Counted from the stretch's first letter, positions 37,990 to 47,795 are shown. The stretch: 62,379 nucleotides of DNA from Hyphomonas sp. (GCA_041741055.1 JBGSKU010000278.1:1-62379), one strand, 5' to 3'. Notes: generated by a model from the sequence alone, not told the origin. Made by a program: numbers and translations.

Positions 37990-38961
37990 TCAATAGAAGT
38001 AAGATCTGCAGACGTGAAGACGCTTCGAACTGGTGCCGGCCTTGCGATCTCCGAGATTCCATAGGGCGAAATCGATTTCCCGGGCCGTTGTGGCGACGCC
38101 TAGTTTCTCCAGCGCCTGACGCAGGAACTCGCAGGCGACGATGCTGTTGCCGCGAAGCTCCAGTTCGGCGGGGCTTCCCATGCCGAGATCCTCGCCAGCC
38201 TGGATCTGGTGGGAAAGCACGTCGCTGTAGTCAAGCACGCCTTCCGCTTCGAGGACGAAGGGCAGCATGTTGTCGGCAAATACAGTCAGTCGCTCCAGGC
38301 CTTGAACACCAAGCCCGGAGAGGCCCGGTTCTGCCGACGCGATGGCAATGTCCTGCACACATATCTGGGCGCGCTTCAGGAAATACACATCCTCGCCCTC
38401 GTACATGGCCATGTCCCGAAACATCGGCATATTACAAAGCATCGCCACCATGTCGGGCACGCGTTGGCCAGAACAGATCAACAGGTTCTCGTATCGTCCG
38501 TCGAGCAGGTCTTGTGTGAACCGGCCGAGTTCGCGAAGAGCCCGGGTGAACCAGTCGATCAACTGAACAAGTTCCAGTCGTTTCGGCTGTCCCAATAGTT
38601 CGAAGACTATGTCCGGCGTGATGGATTGAAGCATTTGCGAAGACGGAGCGCCGTTTCGGTGAAACCAATCGCGCAGCGCGCTCGCGACCGCATAGTAGCC
38701 ATGTTCGCCTTTGTAAGGCGCGAGGTGTTCAAAGAACCCGGATCCGAAGTTCAGTGCATCAAGCACAAGGAAATAGCCGATCGTTGACTCGGGTTCGCCA
38801 ATGAAATGGTGTGACGTGTGGCGCATTTCCCGAGGCAGGGCAGCGGCAAGTTCACCTGCGAATTCCGAAAGCCGCGATCGGTTGATCTGAACGAGGCGCG
38901 ACTTTTCCGTCACCCGGAAACAACTGGGAAGCGCCCGGCCCAACAGGTCGATATCGCTCAT
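37990..38961 (-). CDS. Queuosine salvage N-glycosylase/hydrolase (DUF2419, Qng1-like)
   Basis: LDALNFGSG, FLKRAQI, LTVFADNMLP, ELELRG, EIDFALW, HVCRSYFY; starts 4 nt after the tgt stop. Confidence 0.85.
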   Translation of the reverse strand: MSDIDLLGRALPSCFRVTEKSRLVQINRSRLSEFAGELAAALPREMRHTSHHFIGEPESTIGYFLVLDALNFGSGFFEHLAPYKGEHGYYAVASALRDWFHRNGAPSSQMLQSITPDIVFELLGQPKRLELVQLIDWFTRALRELGRFTQDLLDGRYENLLICSGQRVPDMVAMLCNMPMFRDMAMYEGEDVYFLKRAQICVQDIAIASAEPGLSGLGVQGLERLTVFADNMLPFVLEAEGVLDYSDVLSHQIQAGEDLGMGSPAELELRGNSIVACEFLRQALEKLGVATTAREIDFALWNLGDRKAGTSSKRLHVCRSYFY

Positions 38962-38965
38962 CGCG

Positions 38966-40240
38966 CTATCCGCCCAGCCATATCCGCCTTGCAGGCTCAA
39001 GAGAGCCGGCCGCAAGACCTGTTCTCACGTCAGCCATCACCCGGTTCATCGTGGCTATATTGTGCGTAGTCAGAAGGATCTGCGCGAGCGTTTCGCGCGC
39101 CTTGAGCAAGTGATGCAGGTAGCTGCGGCTGACCGTTCGGCAGGCTTCGCAAGGACAATCCGGATCGATCGGTGTCACGTCATGCCGGAAGGTCGCGTTG
39201 CGAAGGTTCAGCGCAGGCTCGCGCTTGTGTACGCCGCAATCAGCTGCGATTTGCGCAGGCACGAGTGCCCAGCCGTGGCGCGCGGCGCGAGTCGGCGAGA
39301 CGCAATCGAAGGTGTCGATACCGTAGGGGACGCAGCGAAAGATGTCCTCGATACCGCCGATGCCGAGCAGGTGGACCGGCTTTTCGCAATTCAGCCCCTC
39401 TGCTGCGAATTCGACAACTTCGTACATCTGGGATTTGGAGTTGCCGAGGCTGCCGCCCACTGCATATCCAAAGAACGGCTGTGTGCGGAGGGTTTCGGCC
39501 GCGCGCTTGCGCAGGTCCGGATAGACGCCGCCTTGAGAGATTCCGTAAAGACCTTGCGCACCGGCCGATCCATGGCGCGGCGCATAGTCACCGGCCGGTT
39601 GCAGGTAGCTGACAATGGATCGCTCGGTCCACCGCTGCGTCCGTGCAAGCGAGGCCTCGGTATAGTTGCGGTCCACATGAAAGGGCGTGCACTCGTCGAA
39701 GGTCAGGATAATGTCCGCGCCGAGCTGGCGTTGCACGCCGATTGAGCTTTCCGGGGTCAGCATCACCCGGCTGCCGTCGATGTAGGAGCGGAAGGCGACC
39801 CCTTCTTCGGTGATCCGAAGCACGTCCTTTTTGGGACGCTCCGTCTTGCGCGCGCTCTTGATCTCGTCCGCAACGCCGCCATGCGCAAGCGAGAACACCT
39901 GGAAACCGCCACTGTCCGTCAGGAAGGGGCCATCCCAGCCCGAAAATTTATGCAGGCCGCCATGATCTGCAACGATCTTCGAACCCGGCTGGAGCATCAG
40001 GTGGTAGGTGTTGGACAGGATGATCTGCGTGCCGGTCGACTTCACGGACGACATGGGAACTGCTTTGACGTTCGCCTTGGTGCCGCAGAAAATGAAGGCG
40101 GGGGTTTCGACCACGCCGTGGGGTGTCTGAAGCCGCCCAAGACGTGCCTTGCCATTTGCAGGGCAGGGCGTGGCTTCAAAACGGAACCCGGGAAGTTCCG
40201 GATCTTCCCAGATCGTGGTGGGCGCCTGTTGACGGGTCAT
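38966..40240 (-). CDS. tgt: tRNA-guanine(34) transglycosylase
   Basis: NTYHL, TDSGGFQVFSL, FDEC, QGG, HLLGIG, GIDTFDCVSPTR, Zn site CPCEAC...H, SYLHHL. Confidence 0.95.
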   Translation of the reverse strand: MTRQQAPTTIWEDPELPGFRFEATPCPANGKARLGRLQTPHGVVETPAFIFCGTKANVKAVPMSSVKSTGTQIILSNTYHLMLQPGSKIVADHGGLHKFSGWDGPFLTDSGGFQVFSLAHGGVADEIKSARKTERPKKDVLRITEEGVAFRSYIDGSRVMLTPESSIGVQRQLGADIILTFDECTPFHVDRNYTEASLARTQRWTERSIVSYLQPAGDYAPRHGSAGAQGLYGISQGGVYPDLRKRAAETLRTQPFFGYAVGGSLGNSKSQMYEVVEFAAEGLNCEKPVHLLGIGGIEDIFRCVPYGIDTFDCVSPTRAARHGWALVPAQIAADCGVHKREPALNLRNATFRHDVTPIDPDCPCEACRTVSRSYLHHLLKARETLAQILLTTHNIATMNRVMADVRTGLAAGSLEPARRIWLGG

Positions 40241-41040
40241 GTGCTGGCGTCCTCAGCTGGGGCGACATAATGCGGAGAGTTCCGGAACACGCGGCGCGAG
40301 AGGTACATGAAAGGCGTATCCAGCAGCGCGATGAAAACGCGAGCAGAAAAGGTTCCGAGGATGTAGGTGTAGATCAGCGTATCCCAGGGCACGGGCGTTG
40401 CGGCGAAGATCCGCCAAGCCAGAAGCGAGAAAACCGTGTTGTCGATAAAGGCCGCAGCGATTGCGGAAACATTGTTGCGCAACCATAGGGATCCGCCGCT
40501 GGTCTTGCGCTTGAGGTAGGCGAACAGCCAGACATCGAGATGCTGGCTGATCAGGTAGGAGGTGAGGCCCGCAACCAGCAGTCCAAGCTGCGGCTGGATC
40601 ACCAGTTTGAGCGCACGCTCCGTTTCGGCGGCGAAAGCGTATTCAGGGCCTGAAGTCGCGACATCAACCGGCCGGTATCCAAGCATCAGGATCATGAAAA
40701 CGTTGAAGAGCAGCACGCAGCAAAAGCCGAGCCAGATGATCCGGCGCGCGAGCGCTGAGCCGTAATATTCCGTGACGAGATCAATCGCGAGGTAAGAGCT
40801 TGCAAACAGGATGGTGCCCAGCGCAACCGGATGGGGAAACACCGCGAACTGGACGACCTTGAGAACCTGGATATTGGCGCCGAGAATGGCCACGATCACG
40901 AAGGCAACCAGTCCGTAGATGCCGAAAAGGCGCATCAGTAGAAGCACGCCGCCATACGCGGTCAACAGCATGAACAGCGCAACCACCCCTGGCGGGGCGC
41001 GATTCATGGCCTCGACGAAGATGGTGATGATTTCGTGCAC
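40237..41040 (-). CDS. yhhQ: Queuosine precursor transporter (YhhQ/Vut_1)
   Basis: ANIQVLK, DLVTEYYG, SYLISQHLD, LWLRNNVS, IDNTVF, LDTPFMY; 4-nt overlap with the tgt start. Confidence 0.9.
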   Translation of the reverse strand: MHEIITIFVEAMNRAPPGVVALFMLLTAYGGVLLLMRLFGIYGLVAFVIVAILGANIQVLKVVQFAVFPHPVALGTILFASSYLAIDLVTEYYGSALARRIIWLGFCCVLLFNVFMILMLGYRPVDVATSGPEYAFAAETERALKLVIQPQLGLLVAGLTSYLISQHLDVWLFAYLKRKTSGGSLWLRNNVSAIAAAFIDNTVFSLLAWRIFAATPVPWDTLIYTYILGTFSARVFIALLDTPFMYLSRRVFRNSPHYVAPAEDAST

Positions 41041-41256
41041 AGTGATGGTTTTCTAGGATATTTTCGGGTCTCGGATACCATGGGCCGCGCATTGCGGCTC
41101 ATCCCAACCGGGGTTGTGGCCCATTCGCACGGTCCGGTTATGTCACGCGACAGACGGGGGAGAGCCCTCCTAGTTAAGTTTCGGGCTCATGGCAACTCGG
41201 CCGGCGCAAGGGCAAAGGCGCGCCATTGAGACCTGAAGGCGACCGCAGCGCGGCGC

Positions 41257-41586
41257 TTAGCGGCCGGGGCGACCGTAGAAGCTGCACAGCGTGTCGATCA
41301 GCAAGTGCCCGATGCCCGGCTTGCAGCGGTAGAAGATCGTCTGACCCTCGCGGCGGCTCTCGACGAGACCCGCCGCCCGCAGCTTTGCCAGGTGCTGCGA
41401 TACGGCAGACTGCGATTGGCCAGTCAGCTCGGCCAGCTGGTTGACGGGGCGCTCTTCGTCGCTCAGCGCGCAAAGGATCATCAGCCGCGTTTCACTCGCC
41501 ATCGCCTTCAGAGTGTCGGCAGCTTCCTGGGCGCGGTAGGTCACGCGCTGTAGAGCTTCCGCCTTCTTAAGCTTGGGGTGTGCCAT
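41257..41586 (-). CDS. ArsR/SmtB regulator, BigR/SqrR-like persulfide-sensor type
   Basis: LKAMASETRLMILCAL, QSAVSQHLAKLR..GLV..RREGQTIFY, second Cys in DTLCSFY; lies in an sqr cluster. Confidence 0.85.
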   Translation of the reverse strand: MAHPKLKKAEALQRVTYRAQEAADTLKAMASETRLMILCALSDEERPVNQLAELTGQSQSAVSQHLAKLRAAGLVESRREGQTIFYRCKPGIGHLLIDTLCSFYGRPGR

Positions 41587-44500
41587 GCGTGGTCCCTTCT
41601 GCAGACTGAGTCGCGTCATTCGGTGCCGGAGTAGGCGACGCGTTAGCGGGTGTCCATTCCGGGCCTCTCAAGGCGATATAGATCGCCGGAATGACCAGTA
41701 CAGTCAGCGCCGTTGACGAGGCCAGACCGAACAGCAGCGAAATCGCGAGGCCCTGGAAGATCGGATCGGACAGGATCACCGCCGCGCCGATCATAGCCGC
41801 TAAAGCGGTCAAGAGGATCGGTTTGAACCTGATCGCGCCCGCATCAAGCAGAACTTCCTTCAGCGGCGTGTGATCGTCCGTCCGGTGGCGCACGAAGTCC
41901 ACGAGAAGGATCGAGTTTCGCACGATGATTCCTGCCAATGCGATGAACCCGATCATTGATGTTGCCGTGAACGCAGCGCCAAACAGCCAGTGACCGATCA
42001 TGATGCCGATCAGTGTCAGCGGCACAGGCGTCAGGATGATCAGCGGTACACGGAAGGTGCCGAATTGCGCCACCACAAGAATGTAAATCCCGATCAAGGC
42101 AACGCCGAATGCAAGCCCCATGTCCCGGAACGTCACATAGGTCACTTCCCATTCGCCGTCCCACAACAGGGTCGTGTGGGTTTCGTCTTCGGGTTGGCCG
42201 TACATGCTGATCACGGGCTGGGTGAGCCCCTGGCTGGCCCAGTCATAGGCCTTGATGCGCGATTCGATTTCGAACATGCCGTAAATCGGCGCCTCGAACC
42301 GACCGGCCAGTTCCCCCATCACCATATCCGCGAAATGTCCATCGCGGCGGAATATGGAGAGCGAGCCTGTGTCTTCATGCGTTTCGACCAAAGCTCCCAG
42401 TTCAATCGGCACAACATCCGTTCCGGCGAGCCGGCGCGGGACGGGCGTCGCCGCAATTTGCTGTGTCCAGCTGCGTTCCGATCGTGGCAGGTAAACGCGG
42501 ATATTGAGGGGATCTCGGCCCTCGCCGCGCGGGGATACGCCTGCGGACTGTCCCTCGAAGGCCAGGGCAATCGTATCGAGAATATCCTGCTGCAGCACGC
42601 CGGCATCGGCAGCGCTAGGTTCATCGATGTCAAAGGCCAGCCTCGGCGCGGCCTCGCCCAGAGAGTTATCGACGTCAACGATGAAGTCGGTTTCATTGAA
42701 CATCTGTTCGATGACGGTTGCAGTCTTCCGGCGCGCTTCGGGAGACGGGCCGTAGATTTCTGCCATCAGCGTAGAGATCACAGGCGGACCGGGCGGAACT
42801 TCCACCACCTTCACGCGAGCGCCTTCCGGCAGAGGAACGGCAGTCAGCCGGGCCCGAATATCGAGCGCGATCTCATGGCTTGCGCGCTTGCGTTCCGATT
42901 TTTCCGAGAGATTGACCTGCAGGTCGCCGAGCTCAGGGCTCGAACGCAGGAAGTAGTGACGCACCAGGCCATTGAAGTTGAACGGCGCAGCCGTGCCGGC
43001 ATAGGCCTGCAGGGTGATCACTTCCTCTACGGGGCGGATCGCATCTGCCAGCGCGAACAGGGCCCGTTCGGTGTCTTCAAGCGCTGCGCCTTCCGGAAGA
43101 TCGACAATCACCTGCACTTCGGACTTGTTGTCGAAGGGCAGCAGCTTCACCGGCACAGCGCGCGTGACGAACAGCAGCAGCGACAACAGCGTGGCGACCC
43201 CGACCGCAATCAGGAAAGTCCAGGCATTGCGTTTCGATTCCACGACGGGTGCTGCCACCCGGCGGTAAAAGTCGCTGAGGCGTGTTTCGCCACTGTGCGC
43301 GTTGATGTGCGCCGTCGCGCCGGCGCCGCTGACGATCTTCATCATCAGCCAGGGTGCAATTCCGACCGCAACGAAGAAGGAGAACACCATGGCCGCTGAT
43401 GCGTTCGCCGGAATGGGGGCCATATACGGTCCCATAAGTCCGGACACGAACATCATGGGCAGCAGGGCCGCAATGACGGTCAACGTCGCAATGATGGTTG
43501 GATTGCCGACTTCCGACACCGCCTGGATGGCAGCTTCGGTCCGGCTGCGGCCGTCATTCATCGCCCAGTGACGGGAAATGTTCTCGATGATCACGATGGC
43601 ATCATCGACGAGAATCCCGATGGCGAAGATCAACGCGAACAGGCTGACGCGGTTGATGGTGTAACCCATCATCAGTGAAGCAAACAATGTCAGCAGGATC
43701 GTCGTGGGAATGACGATCAGGGTGACCAGGGCCTCCCGCCATCCAATGCTGAATGCAATCAGGACGACGATGGAAACAGTCGCAAGTCCTAGATGGAACA
43801 GCAGCTCATTGGCCTTGTGGTTGGCCGTCGCGCCATAGTCGCGTGTTACCTCGACATCGATGCCTTCCGGGATCAAGGGACCTTTCAAGGTCTGCAAACG
43901 CTCGAGAACGGCGCTGGAGACAACCACAGCATTCGCCCCGGGCCGTTTGGCGACGGTCACGGTGACAGCAGGGCGCGCTGTGAATCCGTCGCTGGCATTG
44001 GGCTGCATCGTCCAGACGCGCATGTCGGAGTCGGCGCCGGTGACCTTCACGGTTGCAACGTCGCCCACATACACGACTCTGCCGCCAGCTCCCCGGATCT
44101 GGAGTCGTTCCAATTCGTGCACGGCGTTCACGCGGTTACCTGCCTGCACGATCAGGGATTCGCCATCCTGATGCGCGCGCCCGGAAGGCATCGCCGCAGC
44201 TGCGCCCTGGATGCTTTGCACCAGCGTTTGAAGGGAAACGCCCTGCGCCGACAAGGCCTGGATATCCGGTTCAACCCGCAATTCGAGCGGCCGGCCACCA
44301 ATCACTTCCGTGAGGCCGACGTCTTTCACCTTCGTGAGTTCATTGCGCAGTTCGTCAGCCAGCATACCCAGCGTTGTGTCGTTCCACACATCGCCTGTTG
44401 CTTCATCTGGCGACAGCGTCAGCGTGACAATCGGGACGTCGTTGATACCGCGCCCGACAACGAGCGGCATCGGGACGTCATATGGAATCGAGTCCAGGTT

Positions 44501-44857
44501 CGCCCGGATCTTTTCGTGCACCCGCAGGATCGCATTGTCCGCGTCGGTTCCGACATTGAAGCGCGCTGTGACGAGTGCGCCGTCATCGCGCGTCTGAGAG
44601 TAGACATGCTCCACATCCGGAATGGCCATCAGGATGCTCTCGAGCGGCTTGGTGACCTGCTCCACCGCATCGGGCGCTTGCAGTCCCGGGGACGACACCA
44701 TGATGTCGACCATCGGTACGGAGATCTGGGGCTCCTCCTCGCGCGGAATCGTGAGCAGTGCGATCAGGCCGACCGCCAATGCAGCAAGGAGCAACAGCGG
44801 TGTGAGCGGAGAGCGGATGGTGGAGCGCGTGATCCCGCCGGAAAGGTCGGTCTTCAC
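41567..44857 (-). CDS. RND permease (AcrB/AcrD/AcrF superfamily)
   Basis: PREEEPQISVP, GILVDDAIV, VPVKLLPFDNK, RNSILLVDF, RFKPILLT; 1096 aa. Confidence 0.9.
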   Translation of the reverse strand: MKTDLSGGITRSTIRSPLTPLLLLAALAVGLIALLTIPREEEPQISVPMVDIMVSSPGLQAPDAVEQVTKPLESILMAIPDVEHVYSQTRDDGALVTARFNVGTDADNAILRVHEKIRANLDSIPYDVPMPLVVGRGINDVPIVTLTLSPDEATGDVWNDTTLGMLADELRNELTKVKDVGLTEVIGGRPLELRVEPDIQALSAQGVSLQTLVQSIQGAAAAMPSGRAHQDGESLIVQAGNRVNAVHELERLQIRGAGGRVVYVGDVATVKVTGADSDMRVWTMQPNASDGFTARPAVTVTVAKRPGANAVVVSSAVLERLQTLKGPLIPEGIDVEVTRDYGATANHKANELLFHLGLATVSIVVLIAFSIGWREALVTLIVIPTTILLTLFASLMMGYTINRVSLFALIFAIGILVDDAIVIIENISRHWAMNDGRSRTEAAIQAVSEVGNPTIIATLTVIAALLPMMFVSGLMGPYMAPIPANASAAMVFSFFVAVGIAPWLMMKIVSGAGATAHINAHSGETRLSDFYRRVAAPVVESKRNAWTFLIAVGVATLLSLLLFVTRAVPVKLLPFDNKSEVQVIVDLPEGAALEDTERALFALADAIRPVEEVITLQAYAGTAAPFNFNGLVRHYFLRSSPELGDLQVNLSEKSERKRASHEIALDIRARLTAVPLPEGARVKVVEVPPGPPVISTLMAEIYGPSPEARRKTATVIEQMFNETDFIVDVDNSLGEAAPRLAFDIDEPSAADAGVLQQDILDTIALAFEGQSAGVSPRGEGRDPLNIRVYLPRSERSWTQQIAATPVPRRLAGTDVVPIELGALVETHEDTGSLSIFRRDGHFADMVMGELAGRFEAPIYGMFEIESRIKAYDWASQGLTQPVISMYGQPEDETHTTLLWDGEWEVTYVTFRDMGLAFGVALIGIYILVVAQFGTFRVPLIILTPVPLTLIGIMIGHWLFGAAFTATSMIGFIALAGIIVRNSILLVDFVRHRTDDHTPLKEVLLDAGAIRFKPILLTALAAMIGAAVILSDPIFQGLAISLLFGLASSTALTVLVIPAIYIALRGPEWTPANASPTPAPNDATQSAEGTTHGTPQA

Positions 44858-45888
44858 GGGCGGGGTTCCGGCTTTTCGATCTCGTCGCCGGGTCTGAGCC
44901 CCGACAGGATCTCATACTGACCCGTTGTGTCGACCAAAGGTGCAGCCAAGGCCACGGGCGCGTCGATAAAGCGCTCGCCCACCTTCACGCGGACAAAATC
45001 GACACCGAACCTCGTCGAGACATAGTCCGTGGGAATCCTGATCGCCCGGCGTTCGCCCACGGGCGCCAGAACGTCAACGCGCTCACCGAACAGCGCCGTC
45101 AGACCGCCTTCGACCTTGGCGTCCGCGATGACGGATCCTTGCTGCAATTCGGGATATATTTTGATGATGGTCGCAGTGCGCACTTCGTCTGATCGCGCCG
45201 GCAAACGAAGCGTAATCAGTCCGCCTTCCTTAATATTAGGGGCGTGGCGTTCGGGCAGGGCGAGCCGGACGACGCCGTCAACGGTGGCGAATGTGGCCAG
45301 TACATCACCGGGCGAGACAACCGATCCCCGAACGACCTTCACGTCCGTCACATGGGCGTCTGCGGGCGCCAGGATACGCCCTTCGGACTGCTGGGCAACC
45401 AACGCGCGCCGTTCCGCCTGAGCAGATGCCAGGCTGCGTTTCAGCACTTCGAAATTGGTTTTCTCTTCATCCAGCCGCGCGCGCGGATAAAACCCTTGTG
45501 CGAGCAGACCCTCGTTGCGGGCGATGTCACTTTCCATCTGTTTCACTTGGGAGTTCAGCCCCTCAACACGCGAGCTCAGCGATGACAATTGCGGTGCGAT
45601 CGTGTCGTCCGTGACAACTGCAACGACGTCGCCGGCTTTTACAATCTGCCCTTCGACGGCATTGAGCTGGGTGACGACGCCCTGCAGACGCGAGCGGGCG
45701 GTTGCCGTGTCGCCTGCTTCGATCCGCGCAATCACGGGACGGTAGTCGATAACGATCGACTCTTCCACTTTCAGGGGCTGGGCCGCCGCGGCCGCTGGAA
45801 ACGCGATCAGAAGCGCCAGCAAGAGTCCTGAACTCCGCTTGTGGCGGGCGCTGGCCTCAGGTTGCGAGAAAGGTGGTTGGGTTCTCAT
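44854..45888 (-). CDS. RND periplasmic adaptor subunit
   Basis: ATG 45888 with GGAG RBS; signal/TM segment, lipoyl halves (EGQIVKAGD, ILAPAD) flanking a coiled coil; EILSGLRPGD. Confidence 0.85.
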   Translation of the reverse strand: MRTQPPFSQPEASARHKRSSGLLLALLIAFPAAAAAQPLKVEESIVIDYRPVIARIEAGDTATARSRLQGVVTQLNAVEGQIVKAGDVVAVVTDDTIAPQLSSLSSRVEGLNSQVKQMESDIARNEGLLAQGFYPRARLDEEKTNFEVLKRSLASAQAERRALVAQQSEGRILAPADAHVTDVKVVRGSVVSPGDVLATFATVDGVVRLALPERHAPNIKEGGLITLRLPARSDEVRTATIIKIYPELQQGSVIADAKVEGGLTALFGERVDVLAPVGERRAIRIPTDYVSTRFGVDFVRVKVGERFIDAPVALAAPLVDTTGQYEILSGLRPGDEIEKPEPRP

Positions 45889-45938
45889 ATTCACTCCATC
45901 ATCCGGCGACGGCTGCATGCCCCTGCAATCGTTCGGAT

Positions 45939-45990
45939 TTGACATTTCCGACATCCGTAAGCATACGTATATTATAAAATTCTAAAATAC
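45939..45990. promoter_or_regulatory. Divergent promoter region of the sqr/RND module
   Basis: TTGACA at 45939 followed by a very AT-rich block (TATATTATAAAATTCTAAAATA) in a GC-rich genome; likely promoter and ArsR site. Confidence 0.45.
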
Positions 45991-46023
45991 CAGACCTTAT
46001 GAGGCAGCAAGGGAGAAAACGAA

Positions 46024-47298
46024 ATGGCAAAGATCGTGGTACTTGGGGCCGGTCTCGGCGGTGTGCTGGCTGCCTACGAAATCCGCAAGGCAGTGCGCCG
46101 TGAAGACGACGTCGTGGTGATCAATGAAAACAGCTTTTACCAATTCCTGCCGTCAAATCCGTGGGTGCTGGTGGGCTGGCGTGACCGCGAGGATATCGTC
46201 GTCGATCTCGAAGGACCTATGAAGAAGCGCAAGATCGGGATGATCGTTGGAAAAGCGTCGAAGGTTCAGCCCGAACAGAAAACCGTGCTGCTCTCTGACG
46301 GATCTGCAGTTTCCTATGACTACCTGGTAATCGCAACCGGCCCCGAGCTGGCCTTCGACGAGATTGAGGGATTGGGCCCCAACGGTCATACACAGTCCGT
46401 GTGCCATATCGATCATGCGACCCAGGCCAACATCAGGTTTGAAGAGTTCTGCAAGGATCCCGGTCCGATCATTGTCGGAGCGGTCCAGGGCGCGTCGTGC
46501 TACGGCCCGGCCTACGAAACACTGATGATTATCGAAACCGAGCTGCGCAAGCGCAAGATTCGCGACCAGGTTCCGATGACCTATGTGACCTCGGAGCCCT
46601 ATATCGGACATCTGGGTCTTGATGGGGTCGGCGACACCAAAAGCCTGCTCGAAAGCGAAATGCGTGAGCGCCACATCAAGTGGATCACCAACGCGCGCGT
46701 GCTGAAAGCCGAGGCCGGAAAGATGACCGTCGAAGAGGTCAACGAGGACGGCAGCGTGAAACAGGTTCACGAGCTGCCGATGAAATTCTCGATGATGCTG
46801 CCGGCCTTCCGCGGCGTCGGCGCTGTGTACGGCGTCGAAGGTCTGACCAATCCGCGCGGGTTCATTCTGGTCGACAAGCATCAACGCAATCCGAAGTATC
46901 CTGAAATATTCGGGATCGGAGTTTGCATCGCCATTCCGCCAGTCGGCAAAACGCCAGTGCCAGTTGGCGTGCCAAAGACCGGCTTCATGATCGAGTCGAT
47001 GGTGACGGCGACAGCTGGCAATCTCGGACAGATTCTGCGCGGCGAAGCGCCAACTCATGAGGCGACATGGAACGCCATATGCCTGGCAGACTTTGGTGAC
47101 AAAGGCGTCGCCTTCGTGGCGCAGCCCCAGATTCCGCCGCGCAATGTGAATTGGTCCGGTTCGGGCGGCTGGGTCCACACGGCCAAGATCGGTTTTGAGC
47201 GATACTTCCTCGGCAAAGTGAAGTCCGGGAAATCCGAGACGTTTTACGAGAACGCCGTGCTCGGCCTGATCAAGACCCACAAGATAAAGGCAAGTTGA
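46024..47298 (+). CDS. sqr: Sulfide:quinone oxidoreductase (SqrA/type I-like)
   Basis: VLGAGLGG, PSNPW, three conserved Cys (SVCH, GASCYGPAYE, NAICLADFG), VPKTGFMIE, IPPRN. Confidence 0.9.
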   Translation: MAKIVVLGAGLGGVLAAYEIRKAVRREDDVVVINENSFYQFLPSNPWVLVGWRDREDIVVDLEGPMKKRKIGMIVGKASKVQPEQKTVLLSDGSAVSYDYLVIATGPELAFDEIEGLGPNGHTQSVCHIDHATQANIRFEEFCKDPGPIIVGAVQGASCYGPAYETLMIIETELRKRKIRDQVPMTYVTSEPYIGHLGLDGVGDTKSLLESEMRERHIKWITNARVLKAEAGKMTVEEVNEDGSVKQVHELPMKFSMMLPAFRGVGAVYGVEGLTNPRGFILVDKHQRNPKYPEIFGIGVCIAIPPVGKTPVPVGVPKTGFMIESMVTATAGNLGQILRGEAPTHEATWNAICLADFGDKGVAFVAQPQIPPRNVNWSGSGGWVHTAKIGFERYFLGKVKSGKSETFYENAVLGLIKTHKIKAS

Positions 47299-47317
47299 AC
47301 CCGAAAGGCTTCTGGAT

Positions 47318-47776
47318 ATGTCTGCCAACGAACAAATGATTTATTGCGTCGCATGCGGCGCGACCAACCGGGTGGGTGCGGGCAAGTCACTGACTGCAGC
47401 CAAATGCGGCCGGTGCAGCAAGCCGCTGGCCACGCCGGAACCTGTTGACGTGAACTCGGAACAGTTCGCGGGTCTACAGGCGAAGGATACAGGCGCGTAT
47501 GTGCTGGACGTCTGGGCGCCGTGGTGCGGCCCCTGCCGGATGATGGCGCCTCACTTCGAAGCGGCCGCAGCCAGGTTCAGCGCCGATGTTCGCTTCTTTA
47601 AACTGAATACGGACGCCAACCAGGCTGCCGCCGGCCTTCTCCAGATCCGGGGCGTGCCCACGCTCATTGCGCGCAAGGGCGGGCGTGTCGTCGCGCACGA
47701 GGCTGGCGCGAAAACCGGCGTGGCCCTCGACAACTGGATCCAGACTTCGCTCAAAGTAACGTCCAAAGCCGATTGA
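47318..47776 (+). CDS. trxC: Thioredoxin 2 with N-terminal Zn finger
   Basis: CVACGATNR...CGRC plus WAPWCGPC active site. Confidence 0.88.
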   Translation: MSANEQMIYCVACGATNRVGAGKSLTAAKCGRCSKPLATPEPVDVNSEQFAGLQAKDTGAYVLDVWAPWCGPCRMMAPHFEAAAARFSADVRFFKLNTDANQAAAGLLQIRGVPTLIARKGGRVVAHEAGAKTGVALDNWIQTSLKVTSKAD

Positions 47777-47795
47777 ATCTCCAGGAGCTTCCAAA

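Noticed and set aside
41041-41256. Canonical preQ1-I riboswitch upstream of yhhQ
   Set aside because: No GUUC-type loop hairpin followed by the A-rich tail. It is kept only as an unclassified structured leader.
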